From the NCBI GenBank assembly GCA_903813345.2, contig CAIIXF020000001.1, positions 31,806,001 through 31,870,000 on the forward strand: DNA of 64,000 nucleotides. The letters are read 5' to 3'. Positions 42,601 through 54,600 of the stretch are shown here, piece by piece. The position numbers and the translations under genes were made by a program. This DNA is from Owenia fusiformis. Lineage: Eukaryota. Within the stretch, counting starts at the first letter, position 1. Each line of letters begins with the position of its first letter. The notes under the pieces were generated by a model. That model made no database searches and was not told where the DNA came from. It was given only the letters and a program-made list of their open reading frames with translations.

Positions 42601-45600
42601 TTATGATTTTTGCTATACCTCAAAAAGTAGTAGAGCAATATTGTTATTGTGAATACTTAGAAGCATGGTGCACTGTCTTGTGTGTGGGAAGAAGGTGACC
42701 ATTTAAACAATTTGTCCAATTTTAACTTTGCTATTTTATATGTGAATACTTGGAAGTAAAGTAAACTTTGTAACGGTAATTTGGTTAATACCTCTTTTTG
42801 TTTGATATATTTTGGCCAGTTTGAGACATGATTTCTAGCTTTATTGTCTGACATTAATTATTATATATATTGCGTACATAGTGTACTTCATTCTATATCA
42901 TGAATCCAAATTTAATAATGACTGTTAACTAAGTACCATGTGCACATGATATCCACACATGCACATTTTCTGTAACCACTGTATAGGGTGTAGATAGTTG
43001 TTAGGGTTTGCTTGGTCTTGGCGTTGCTGTAATCTACAGGGTGACCCAAAAACAGAACCCTCTAAAAATGTAATAATTTCTTATCTATCCTATCAACCCA
43101 ATTTTTATGTGCATAAATTAGAATCTGTGGATGATAATGTGATACTAAGATTGTTACAAAAAATTGACTATTTGTAATTTCATGGATGACCTTAGAATGT
43201 GTCTAATTTTGGGAAAATCAACATTGAGACAAAATCATATCTTGAGATTTTCAGAAGGAAATTCTAAAGAAGACTTGAAATCAATGTCTCATATTAATAT
43301 TTTAATAGACTAGATGCAAGTTGAAATAATCTTGATTTACATCTAAAAATATGGTTTCGAAAATTGTTTATCAACTTTGAAAATGTGACTTCTAGCTTGG
43401 GTTGATTCCCCATAGACCCCATGTTACAAAATCACAAAAGGTGAAATATCTTTTCTTGTATTGGGCAGATAACATTTTTTTTACTGGACATGTTTTAATT
43501 TGCATAACTATTAGATGTAAATTTAGTTGAAGGGAACCTTCTACTATACCCGCCATGCTATCTGGCCTGAACGAGCCACCTGGTGGTGAAATTGGTAACT
43601 ACCTACTTGCATCTGCGTTATTGAAAAATGAAGAATAGGCAATGGTAAAACACCTAATAAAATCAGATGACTGGAAATTTTGGCCTCTGAGCAAGAACAC
43701 CTCAAACGCTTTACAAAATTCCATTGGATGAATTCTTAAGAAATCATAAGACAGCAGAATGATCAGTCAAGACCATTGAATGACATGTGATATCGAGTAA
43801 TTAAAATTGAGTTGGAAGAGGAAAAAGGGAAAATGTTACTCGATGGAAAAAATGATCAGGTTACCTATTTAGGGAGGTTTCTTAAAATGTGGGTATGAGA
43901 ACATCGGAAAGCATTGTGCGTGATTGCATTGGAGGTATTTCAAAAATATCAATCAGAAAGTGCAGCCACACCTAAATTTAAGATGGCTTAAAGGTTGCTG
44001 GGACACTTCCTCATTAATGATCGCAACCTCTACACTCACCAAATGCAGCTTAACAAGAAGCCAAATAATGTGGCGAGTTCAAACAAAAGATGACACAAAA
44101 AATCTTACATTTTCTTTTCTTTCACATTGTTGGCACATTTTTATTGACCATAACAGGAAGAATATTCAATGCTATGTCAAGAATTTGGTCACACATTGTC
44201 ATCCATAGATGGTTGTTTCGCTACGTGAAAATGATTATATACATATTTAGAAGTTATTTCATTTTTGGTTTTTGGTCACCCTGTGGATATTTATTTTATA
44301 TATTCCTTATACATGTATTGCCATTCTTATTTATGTTGAACACATATGTTAACACTTACAGTTTCACAGAAGCGTCCAGAAAAATTGTTGGGACAGCAAC
44401 ATTCAAAATCTCCATATTCAGAAGATTCTCCACGTATGCAAGAACCATTGTTAAGGCATTGGTCTAAACAAAATGAATACGTTAGCATAAAAAAATTGCA
44501 AGGTAAATAACTTAACGGGCAAAATCAATGCTCTTCACAAAAAATGGTTATAAAGACTAATTACTCTTTGAAACATGATCTAAGACATATAAACAACCAA
44601 AAATACATGTTAACAAATAATCCAATCAATCACAGTAAATACACATCTATTTACCTTGAAGTCTTTCTGCAAACCCATTGACATGATTATTAGGGTTACA
44701 CTCATCATCATACACACTGACTGTCAGATTAGCAAACTTAGAATCTGAAGACGCTGATATTGAAAACTTATTACTGCCTTCATTGATCCACTCCCCAGGT
44801 GATGCAATCAGGGATGTTTCACTGACAAATCCCTCCACAAAATGTGAACCTTCTTGTGTTGATGACATGAACTCCATTCTTCCATTTAAACTACTTAGTT
44901 CATCCTGATAGAGTGTGAGTTTAAAGGTGAAGTTTACTCCATTGTCACATTGGTAGGAACCCTGCCATATACCACTGAAATCTATAAAATGATGGTAAAG
45001 GATAGGGTATTGATACGGTGAACTGAATTCAACAATGTTTTTTCTCTTAAATCAATTATTGAAAACATTTTGTAAAAAACACGGTCCTTTATGTAATCAC
45101 AGGCTGGTATCGAAATATTTGTCCGCTGTGACGGAGCAATCTATTTTTCATAAAAACACTAAGAATACTTCACGATTTATTTTTTAACTCATATGTTTCG
45201 TTACACCATACAAAATTACTTACTCCATGCAATGGATATATCAGTTGCGGGTAACTTTCACTTCTGTTTGAAGTCCAATTACGCTGGGAAGAAAAGCTAT
45301 TGAAAATGGCGCCGGAGTATCATACTTCAAAATGTACCATTTCTTGTTTAACTTTCTAATGGCACGATATAGTGACACGATAATATTTACACATGGTTTC
45401 AGCATAACTATGAAGGTATAAATGAGATGTTGATGTATTTGGTCTTTTTAATTCTTTTATAAAAAATAATGTTTAATTTTTTTGTCCGCTGTGACGGAGC
45501 AGTTGCAAATGTGAACTGTGAAAATGCACCGTCACAGCGGACAAAATCTATTAATATTATTTTTTATTAAAAAAATTAAAAAGACCCAATGCATTAATAT

Positions 45601-48600
45601 CTCATTAATACATTCAGAGTTATGCTTAAAACATATGTTAATATTATCGTGTCACTATATCATGTCATTAAAAAGTTAAAAAAGAAATGGTACATTTTAG
45701 AGTTTGATACTCTGGCGCCGTTTTCAATAGATTTTACTCCTAGCGTTATTGGACTTCAAACAGAAGTGAAGGTTACACGCAAATGATATATCCATTGCCT
45801 GGAGTAAGTAATTATCTTTGATATAACGAAACATACGAGTTAAAAAATAAATCGTGAAGCATTCTTAGTGTTTTTTTATGAAAAATAGCATGCTCCGTCA
45901 CAGCGGACAAATCTTTCGATACCAGCCTGTGGTAATGTTGACTGATTGACAAAAATTTGATGTGAAAATTATTTAATATATATATTTTATATATTTACTG
46001 TTTTTGTTAACATTTTTCGTTTTTTAGTGAAATTGTTTTTTTGTTCCTTTCTACCAATTCTTGAGAATGAAATAAAATGTCTTTCCGACCTTGTTGAAAC
46101 AAAATAGCATATACACCATTTTGTTAGACCTCTCAATATTATAGTTATACAAAGGAAATTTTGGTTGATTTAACAAAAAGTATTCAAAAAATTAAAACAA
46201 AACTCCCCAAAATAGATCAAAATTAAAGGCCCCATATAAAGTTTAAACCACTTTGGCCTATATTGTAGTCTTACCCAATGTTATCAAAGTGTGATATGTG
46301 AAACTTTTTTTTTTAATTTCAAAAAGTGGTTTTTGATAGACTTTCTGTTCCAAAATTTGTGAATTTATATCAAACCAACTTTTAGAGGTCACCCATATCT
46401 TCTAATTAGCCACAATTCATACCGATGCATAGCATTCATCCTCCCATGTTTTTGTCGAAAAAATTAAGTAAATCGGTTCATAAATAAGCGAGAAATGAAC
46501 TTATCAGTGCATGAAAATTGTTCTGAGAAAAATGCATTTCAAAATTTTAGTTCTCATAGAAACCAATGGTACAATGATATCTAAAACATAATTTATTCTT
46601 CCTTTTAACCTGGTTAGACAATCAACATTGTTTTTTTTATAAAATTCTAACATATTTAGAAAAGATTGACATTGAAAAGTTTTCAAAAAGTTTTTGGTAC
46701 CTTAGTGACATCACTAATGTTTCAAAATATTTTTGATATGTTAAAACATTGAAGTGGCCCATTAAATATGGCATTTTATTATTGAAATAGTGTGTCCTTT
46801 GTTCAACCTTTGCATTGGTGTTAAAAAGATAATCTTTTTTGAAATGCATTAAGAAATATTTGATGATTAGGCCTAAGAAATTTCAACTTTTTTGAAAAAT
46901 GGCGGGAAATTTGAATATTTGAGAAATGAAATGTTCACAACTTTTTTTTCAAAATTTTTTTTTGTTCAAAAATCTCTAAAATCACTTTTTAAGTCCTGAC
47001 AAATAGTAAATGAATGATAAAAAAATATTTTCAAACTTTAGACGGGGACTTTAAGATAAACCTTTTATTTCATTAACAAGATACTTTTTTAAAATCAACC
47101 AAACTTTCTTTTGTACAATTACAATGTTGAGAGACCTAAACACATTGTATTTATGTCGTTTTGTTCCAATAAGGTTCAGATAGATGTTTCATTTCATTCC
47201 GAACATATGATACCAAGAACAAAAGAAGTGTCTGATGTGTTTTCTAAAACAATATAGAGAAAAGTATGTATATTTTTTTAAAATTATATTGTTACCATTC
47301 AAAAGATGACCATTAAATTGATGATATGTAGAATTTTCAGAATTTTTTGATAACTGATTTAAGAGAAACTTGTGTTCAAAGAGTTCTCCATATCGATACC
47401 AACCCTTTATTGTCATTAGGGCAATGGAAATCCAAAGAATAAGTTTAAAATTGATAATTTCATATCAGTGCATGAATATGGTAGCATGAATATCACACAA
47501 AGAACACAAATTACATACCATTTGCAGTTGCATTAACAGGAGGGGGGCATGTGCTCAGATCAACCATGGGTTGGACACACAATTCACCACCATAGTCAGG
47601 TATACATATCTTTGATCCATCAGTTGTATTGCATATGTAGTGCCCAGTACAGTCATCTTTTGCTCTGCAGTAAATTTCACAAGCATCACCATAGAAATCA
47701 TCAGGACACAAACAGCTATAATTTCCAAGGTTCGAATTCCCAGTGCAAGTCGCATTGTTTGGACATGGTTCACTCAAACATGGATCAGCAATGCTTCGCT
47801 CACAGAAGTCACCAGAAAATCCATCTGCACATGTGCAGTTTATTTCTCCATTGGAGCTGTCCTCACAGGTGCCATTATTTTGGCATGGTGAGCTATCACA
47901 TCCTGGTAAAACCTTGGTTGAACAGTTCACATCAGTATATCCATCTGTGCAGTTACATTCATATCCCCCAAGGATGTCAGTGTTTATACATGTTGCATTG
48001 TTCAGGCATGGTGTCAGATCACAGCCTAACATGATATTTGTCTCACAACGTTCACCTGTGAATGATTCAGTGCATAAACATGTAAAATTACCATCATAAG
48101 TTGAGTTAAAGCATGTACCATTGTTCAGGCAAGGTGTATTTAATATACATGTATCATATAATTCACAATTTATACCCGAATATCCAGTCAAACATGAGCA
48201 ATTATATCCACCATCAAAATCTGTTATATTGCATGTTCCATTATGTAAGCATGGCTTTATGCTGCATCCATCTACGTTTTGGCAAAATTCACCTGTGAAC
48301 CCATCTGAGCATAAGCAAGTCACATTACCAGCGTCTGTCAAATTACAAGTTGAATTGTTCAGGCATGGGCTATTTAAAATGCAAGCATTTTCTTGATCAC
48401 AAAATTCACCAAAATATCCATTTTTGCATGTGCAGTTGAACCCACCACCATCATCTGTATTATTGCATGTTGCATTGTTAAAACATGGCATCTTTGCACA
48501 ACCAAGCTCTATCTCACAAAACTCTCCTCTAAACCCATCTAAGCAAGAACATTCTGCATCACCAGTATCATTGGATTCACAAGTCCCATTATTCTGGCAT

Positions 48601-51600
48601 GGGTTATTGAAAATACACTCATCTTCTAGATCACATAGGTCTCCAAGGTATCCCATCAGGCATGTACAGTTGAACCCACCACCATCATCTGTATTATTGC
48701 ATGTTGCATTGTTAAAGCATGGCATCTTTGCACAACCAAGCTCTATCTCACAAAACTCTCCTCTAAACCCATCTAAGCAAGAACATTCTGCATCACCAGT
48801 ATCATTGGATTCACAAGTCCCATTATTCTGGCATGGGTTATTGAAAATACACTCATCTTCTAGATCACATAGGTCTCCAAGGTATCCCATCAGGCATGTA
48901 CAGTTGAACCCACCACCATCATCTGTATTATTGCATGTTGCATTGTTAAAGCATGGCATCTTTGCACAACCAAGCTCTATCTCACAAAACTCTCCTCTAA
49001 ACCCATCTAAGCAAAAGCATTCTGCATCACCAGTATCATTGGATTTGCAAGTCCCATTGTTAAAGCATGGTTCAGAAAAGCATGGAAGTGATGTCTCGCA
49101 TGTTCTACCTGTGAATTGTTCTGCACAGTAACACTCAAACCCAGCATCTGTTCCATTACAAGTCCCTCCATTCTTGCATGGATCCTCAGCACACCCAATT
49201 GGAATCTCACAAAATTCACCTACAAAATAGTTTGTCACACTGAAATAAATTGATCAAAATCAAAATTTACACACAAACAATCTACAGGGTGGGCCAAAAA
49301 ACACCCCCCCTAGCCAATATTCCTGATAAATATTCATTTTTTACATGTTCACCAAAAAAGATATATCATTTTAAAGATAATTTAATTTGCAACAAAATGA
49401 TATAAAATAGAACAATTTTCAACAACCCTGGCTCGAGATATAATCATTTATGTGACATGGGGGTCAAAAAACACCTTTTCAACTGTGTTTTGAGCAGTAA
49501 AGAACTTCAACATTCAAAAACATTCAGCTAAAACATTTGAGAAAATTAGCTCATTAATGCAAGTAATAAATGAGATATAGCTTGTTGCAAGGGATAACTT
49601 TTTGGACTACCCTGTACAACTTCAAATTTGTCAAAACAAAGCAGATGCAGTATGTAAGAATGTATGATTATTTTGTCAACTGGCAAGAGTAGGATTTAGT
49701 GAAAAAGAAAAAAAGTTTGGATTGGAGTGAAGCTTTTAATGCAACCTCTACGTGGATTAAAGAAGTAATGGATGGATTGCATCAGGTGACATCGAGGAAG
49801 CATGGTGGGTAAACTGTTCAATAAAACATAAAGAAATTGCAAAGCTTGTGAGCCAGAATTAGATAAATAGCCCTAACTAATCAACTTACCCTCATATTGG
49901 TCAGTACAATTGCAGTAGAAACTTCCAACAGTGTTGACACATGTGCCATTGTTCATACAGAGTGTCTCGTTCTTGTCACATTCATTTATATCCTCTTCAC
50001 ACCGCTCACCCTCAAACCCTAATAGATATAGTGGTAAGTCATTAAAAAAAGTATACTTTTTTCTATTGTAATGACCTTGATATCTATATGCTCAATAACT
50101 GTTTTGTGAATGATTACATCACATATACTATAATGATTGCATATTACCCTCATTCAAAGAAAGAAATCAAAAAGCATTCAAAAAATTAAAAAGCAATTTT
50201 TTCTGGAATGGTACTATTTACAATTTGGCAAAATGGAGATTGTAGACATATTTTTTTCAGAATGTAAAATAACATACCTGATTGACAACAGCAATAGAAA
50301 TCTCCAAGGCCAGTTCCATTTCGAACACATGTTGCATTATTCTTACACGCTGATATACGTTCTGTAAGTGCATAAAATGATTTAGATAATAGTATACGTA
50401 AGAAAAGACAAGGCATTAACATGACAAAATGTCACCACCTAGTTGCTCATGACATTCATAATGAGTTCAATCTTAGTCACATTTGAACTTCTGAGAACTT
50501 GTAGTTGATTTTGATAAAAATTGGTCAATTTGAAGTAAGTTGGAAAAACCTTTTTGACCTTTTTGCCTTGAGAAGGTCAAGTTTTAAATCTAAAAATTAG
50601 ATTTGAATTTCTGAGATCTTGTAGATGATTTTGAAAAAAATGTGGTCAATTTGAAGCAAGTTGAAAAAAGACCTTTTGACCTGTTTTGACCTTGAGAAGG
50701 TCATTGGAGATCAAATATCAAATCTAAAGTAAGATTTGAAATTCTGAGAACTAGTGGATGGTTTTGAAAAAAACAAATTTGATCAATTTGAAGCAAGTTG
50801 AAAAAATACTTTTTTGACCTTTTTAACCTTGAGAGGGTCATTGAAGATCAAATCTCAAAACTTAAGTCATATTTGAACTTTTGAGAACTTGTGGATGATT
50901 TTAAAAAAAGAATTTGGTCAATTTGAAGGCAGTCGAAAAAATATCTTTCTGACCGTTTTTGACCTTGAGAAGGTCATTGAGGTCAAATCTCAAATCTAAT
51001 GTCAGATTTGAACTTCTTAGAGCTTATAGATGGGTTTAGAAAAATTTGAAGTCTGTCTTAACTGTATTTGTTAAGGTACTTTTAAAACAAAACATTTTTG
51101 AAAAACTTGCAATACTTGCACATGTTATTTTCTGGTACAAAATAAAGTATGAAGGCATGTGTGTATTTCTTTGCTTTTTTCAGGAAAGTATCTTTACATT
51201 GTCTTCTTTTAGTAAACCTGGTAACAATTCAATGGCAAATCCAGGATGTTCTGATATTTCAAGAAAAATCATTTAAAAGCCAATTACGTCATATTCTGAG
51301 GCGAGAATTTTTCAAGAAATCAGATGGCCGGTGAACATTGAAGCAATCGAAGGAACATTCATGATAATGACACATTTATAGTGAGTATTTGTACAAAATT
51401 TTTGCCCCATTTGATCATCATTGTATATCCTCTCATTTTAACTCAAAATATCACCAGGGATATCGAAACAACCCATGATTGCTTTTTAGCGACTGATGCA
51501 GGTTTAAGTTATTGGAAGTTTTTGGGATTTGTTACAGATGCTGGATGCCAAGCACCAACCTGCCAACCATCGTCACAAAAAACGGAGATCATAACAGTAG

Positions 51601-54600
51601 TCATGGTGGTGACATAATAAAAAATTTTACTTGAAAAAAGGATTCAAAAAAGTATATTTGAACTTTTAAAAGACACATATTTTACCAAAGATTCTTGAGC
51701 CAGTTAGTTTGCAGGTGTTTCCAATGTCTCTAGTCATTATTCCTGTTAAGTTTTGTCCATCAGAGCTTACTGTTCCATCAAGTCCACTGGGAACAAATCC
51801 AACAGCGGGGTGGCTACCATTACTACTAATAAGAATCGAAGTGAAACCTCGGGTCGATGCTGCATATGTGCCTTTTACCATGTACTCGTGTTCTTGATCT
51901 CTGTAGATGAAGTCAAATGTCCCCTCCATGGGATTAGTGGTGTTGACAACCAACGCAAATTCATAAATGTTTGCCAAGTCACAGTGAAGAGTACCTCTCC
52001 ATTCACCACCAATATCTGTAATAAATGGGTTAAAATAGCAACTCATCTCTCAAAAATGGTTCAAACAACTTGTAACTTTTGCTGTAATGTTTTCTCAAAT
52101 GATTACTAAATATGTTTTTTGAAGTTTCTTTAGTGTAGCTCTTCAAAAGAATATTTCCTTTCTTTGTAGGAAAGATGGTATTAACATTTCATTTTATGTA
52201 TTATTATTCATAATGACCATAAACATTCATTTGTAAATTGATACATATAAACCTACATTTGAATATGTTTTAATTTTAACACATTTGATTGTGTTATTTA
52301 ATAAACTGTTCATCAGTAAATCACAATACAATCATACAGGGTGTTCCAAAAGTAACAGGACTGGTGCTGGCATTTTGTCAATTCTGCACTGGGTGGCTTC
52401 AAATTTTCACAAATTCTACATTAAAGTATTGGAACTATAATTGTAAAGTTTCAGAAAAAACAATATAATGCGGGTAGAGTTATTGTTTCTATAGTAACAT
52501 GACATCACAATACCCAGGGCAACTTTTTCATGAAAATATAATATCTCTAACATTTTTATATTACTGACTAGAAAGTATCTAATTCACCTATAAAAATACA
52601 ACATTTCTTGTTTGCTTTATTAGTTGCTTTGTTGTAATGGTGTTGCTATGTATTTCAGATTCAAGTATGATTTCACAAGAATAATATTCCTTCAATCTCC
52701 TGGAATATCACTATGTATAACAGTCTGCACAATTCATGCTTGAGTTTTTGAAAAACCCAATTTGAAGTCAGTCATCGACTTAGATAACATTTTCACAGTT
52801 CACATTTGCAACTGCTCCGTCAGAGCGGACAAAAAAATTAAACATTATTTTTTATAAAAGAATTTAAAAGACCAAACACATCAACATCTCATTTATACCT
52901 TCATAGTTATGCTGAAACCATGTGTAAATATTATCGTGTCACTATATCGTGCCATTAGAAAGTTAAACAAGAAAGGGTTCATTTTGAAGTATGATACTCC
53001 AGCACCATTTTCAATAGCTTTTCTTCCCAGCGTAATTGGACTTCAAACAGAAGTGAAAGTTACCCGCAAATGATATATCCATTGCATGGAGTAAGTAATT
53101 CTGTATGGTATAACGAAACATATGAGTTAAAAAATAAATCGTGAAGTATTCTTAGTGTTTTTATGAAAAATAGCATGCTCCGTCACAGCGGACAAATATT
53201 TCGATACCAGCCTGTGGCTATAGAGGATCTAGGTCTTGAGGTCTCAGACCATGCACTGTACTCTTCTGATCATATATCTAATTTTTACTTAAATGGAGAA
53301 CGGAATGCTAATTAGTGTGGTAAGACCTTTAAAGATGAGAATTACCTTCTCCAAGTTGTCCAATTGACCAATGGGTTCACTCATATATTTGAGTCATGGA
53401 TACAGAGCGCTTCTCTTGTCCTGACCAAAGATGGGCCTATTTTTTAAAGTAGAGGATCGGGGAATATTAAATGATGTAAATCAAATGTAATTCTCACCAG
53501 TTGTTGCATTTCAACTTTGATATTGGATGTACAAAATGCTTTAAGTCTCTGTAACTTTCTATGTGGAATGCTGCCCCGGGTATTGTGATGTCATGTTACC
53601 ATAGCAACCATAACTCTACCCGATTTTCATAATTTTGGTCAAAATGTTGCAGTTTTAGTGAAAATACATGAAAGTACATTATGTAAAATTTTGAAGACGA
53701 TTGGTGCATATTTGAAAAATACCAGCACCAGTCCTGTTACTTTTGAAACACCCTGTATTATAATTAAAGAACCTAAAGATTCGTAAGATTCTGGTAGAAT
53801 TTAACACTGATGAAATATTTAGATAATAATCAATATCAATCAGAAGGAAGCACATACTAAAAGAAGAAAAATCCATTAGTTCTACAATGTTAGTACAGAA
53901 TGTAAGATGTAAACTCCTCGTACAGTAGCATCTTAATAGATAGATAACAGGTAGGCAGTAGATGTCCTCAAGTCGAACTCTTATTGACTCCCAAATCAAA
54001 TAGCATGTAATGAAATAGATAGATAGCATGTAATGAAATAGATAGATAACAGGTAGGCAGTAGATGTCCTCAAGTTGAACTCTAATTTACTCCCAAATCA
54101 AATAGCATGTAATGAAATAATAAAGACAGAGGCAAAAGAAGAATTTAGCACAGTCTGCACACTAGGAGAAGGTCAGTGTCTGGAACACAAATTCATATAG
54201 ATAAAGAATAACACATCAAAAGCAAAAAGACCTAATGCATATTAGTGTACATGTACAATACAAGTGTACAGTAATTGTACCAGTCTATGCCAACATACAA
54301 GTAGTATGTTCTACAGTATCTGAAATGCCCAAGACCCCTGGCTAAATTGCATATATGACAATATACTTTTTTGAGTACAAAGTTTTTAACATAAGTACCA
54401 TTTCATATTTTATATATTTACACAGTCATATATACTTATGTGTATAGTATTTATATAAACCACAAGAATACCTTGTTGGTAATATGCGCCAAGTGAGAAA
54501 TAGTTTGGGATCTCCAGATTGTCAAAGGTACTTTCTGTGCCAATTGACAATGAAGTTAGGCCTTCAGGAAGAACATACTTATGTAAGTCTACCTGTAGAG

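Noticed and set aside
48424..49131. Plus-strand ORFs over EGF exons (also 29668-30270, 32443-32799, 34213-35478, 47549-48396)
   Set aside because: Antisense shadows of the Cys-rich minus-strand exons with no independent protein features.
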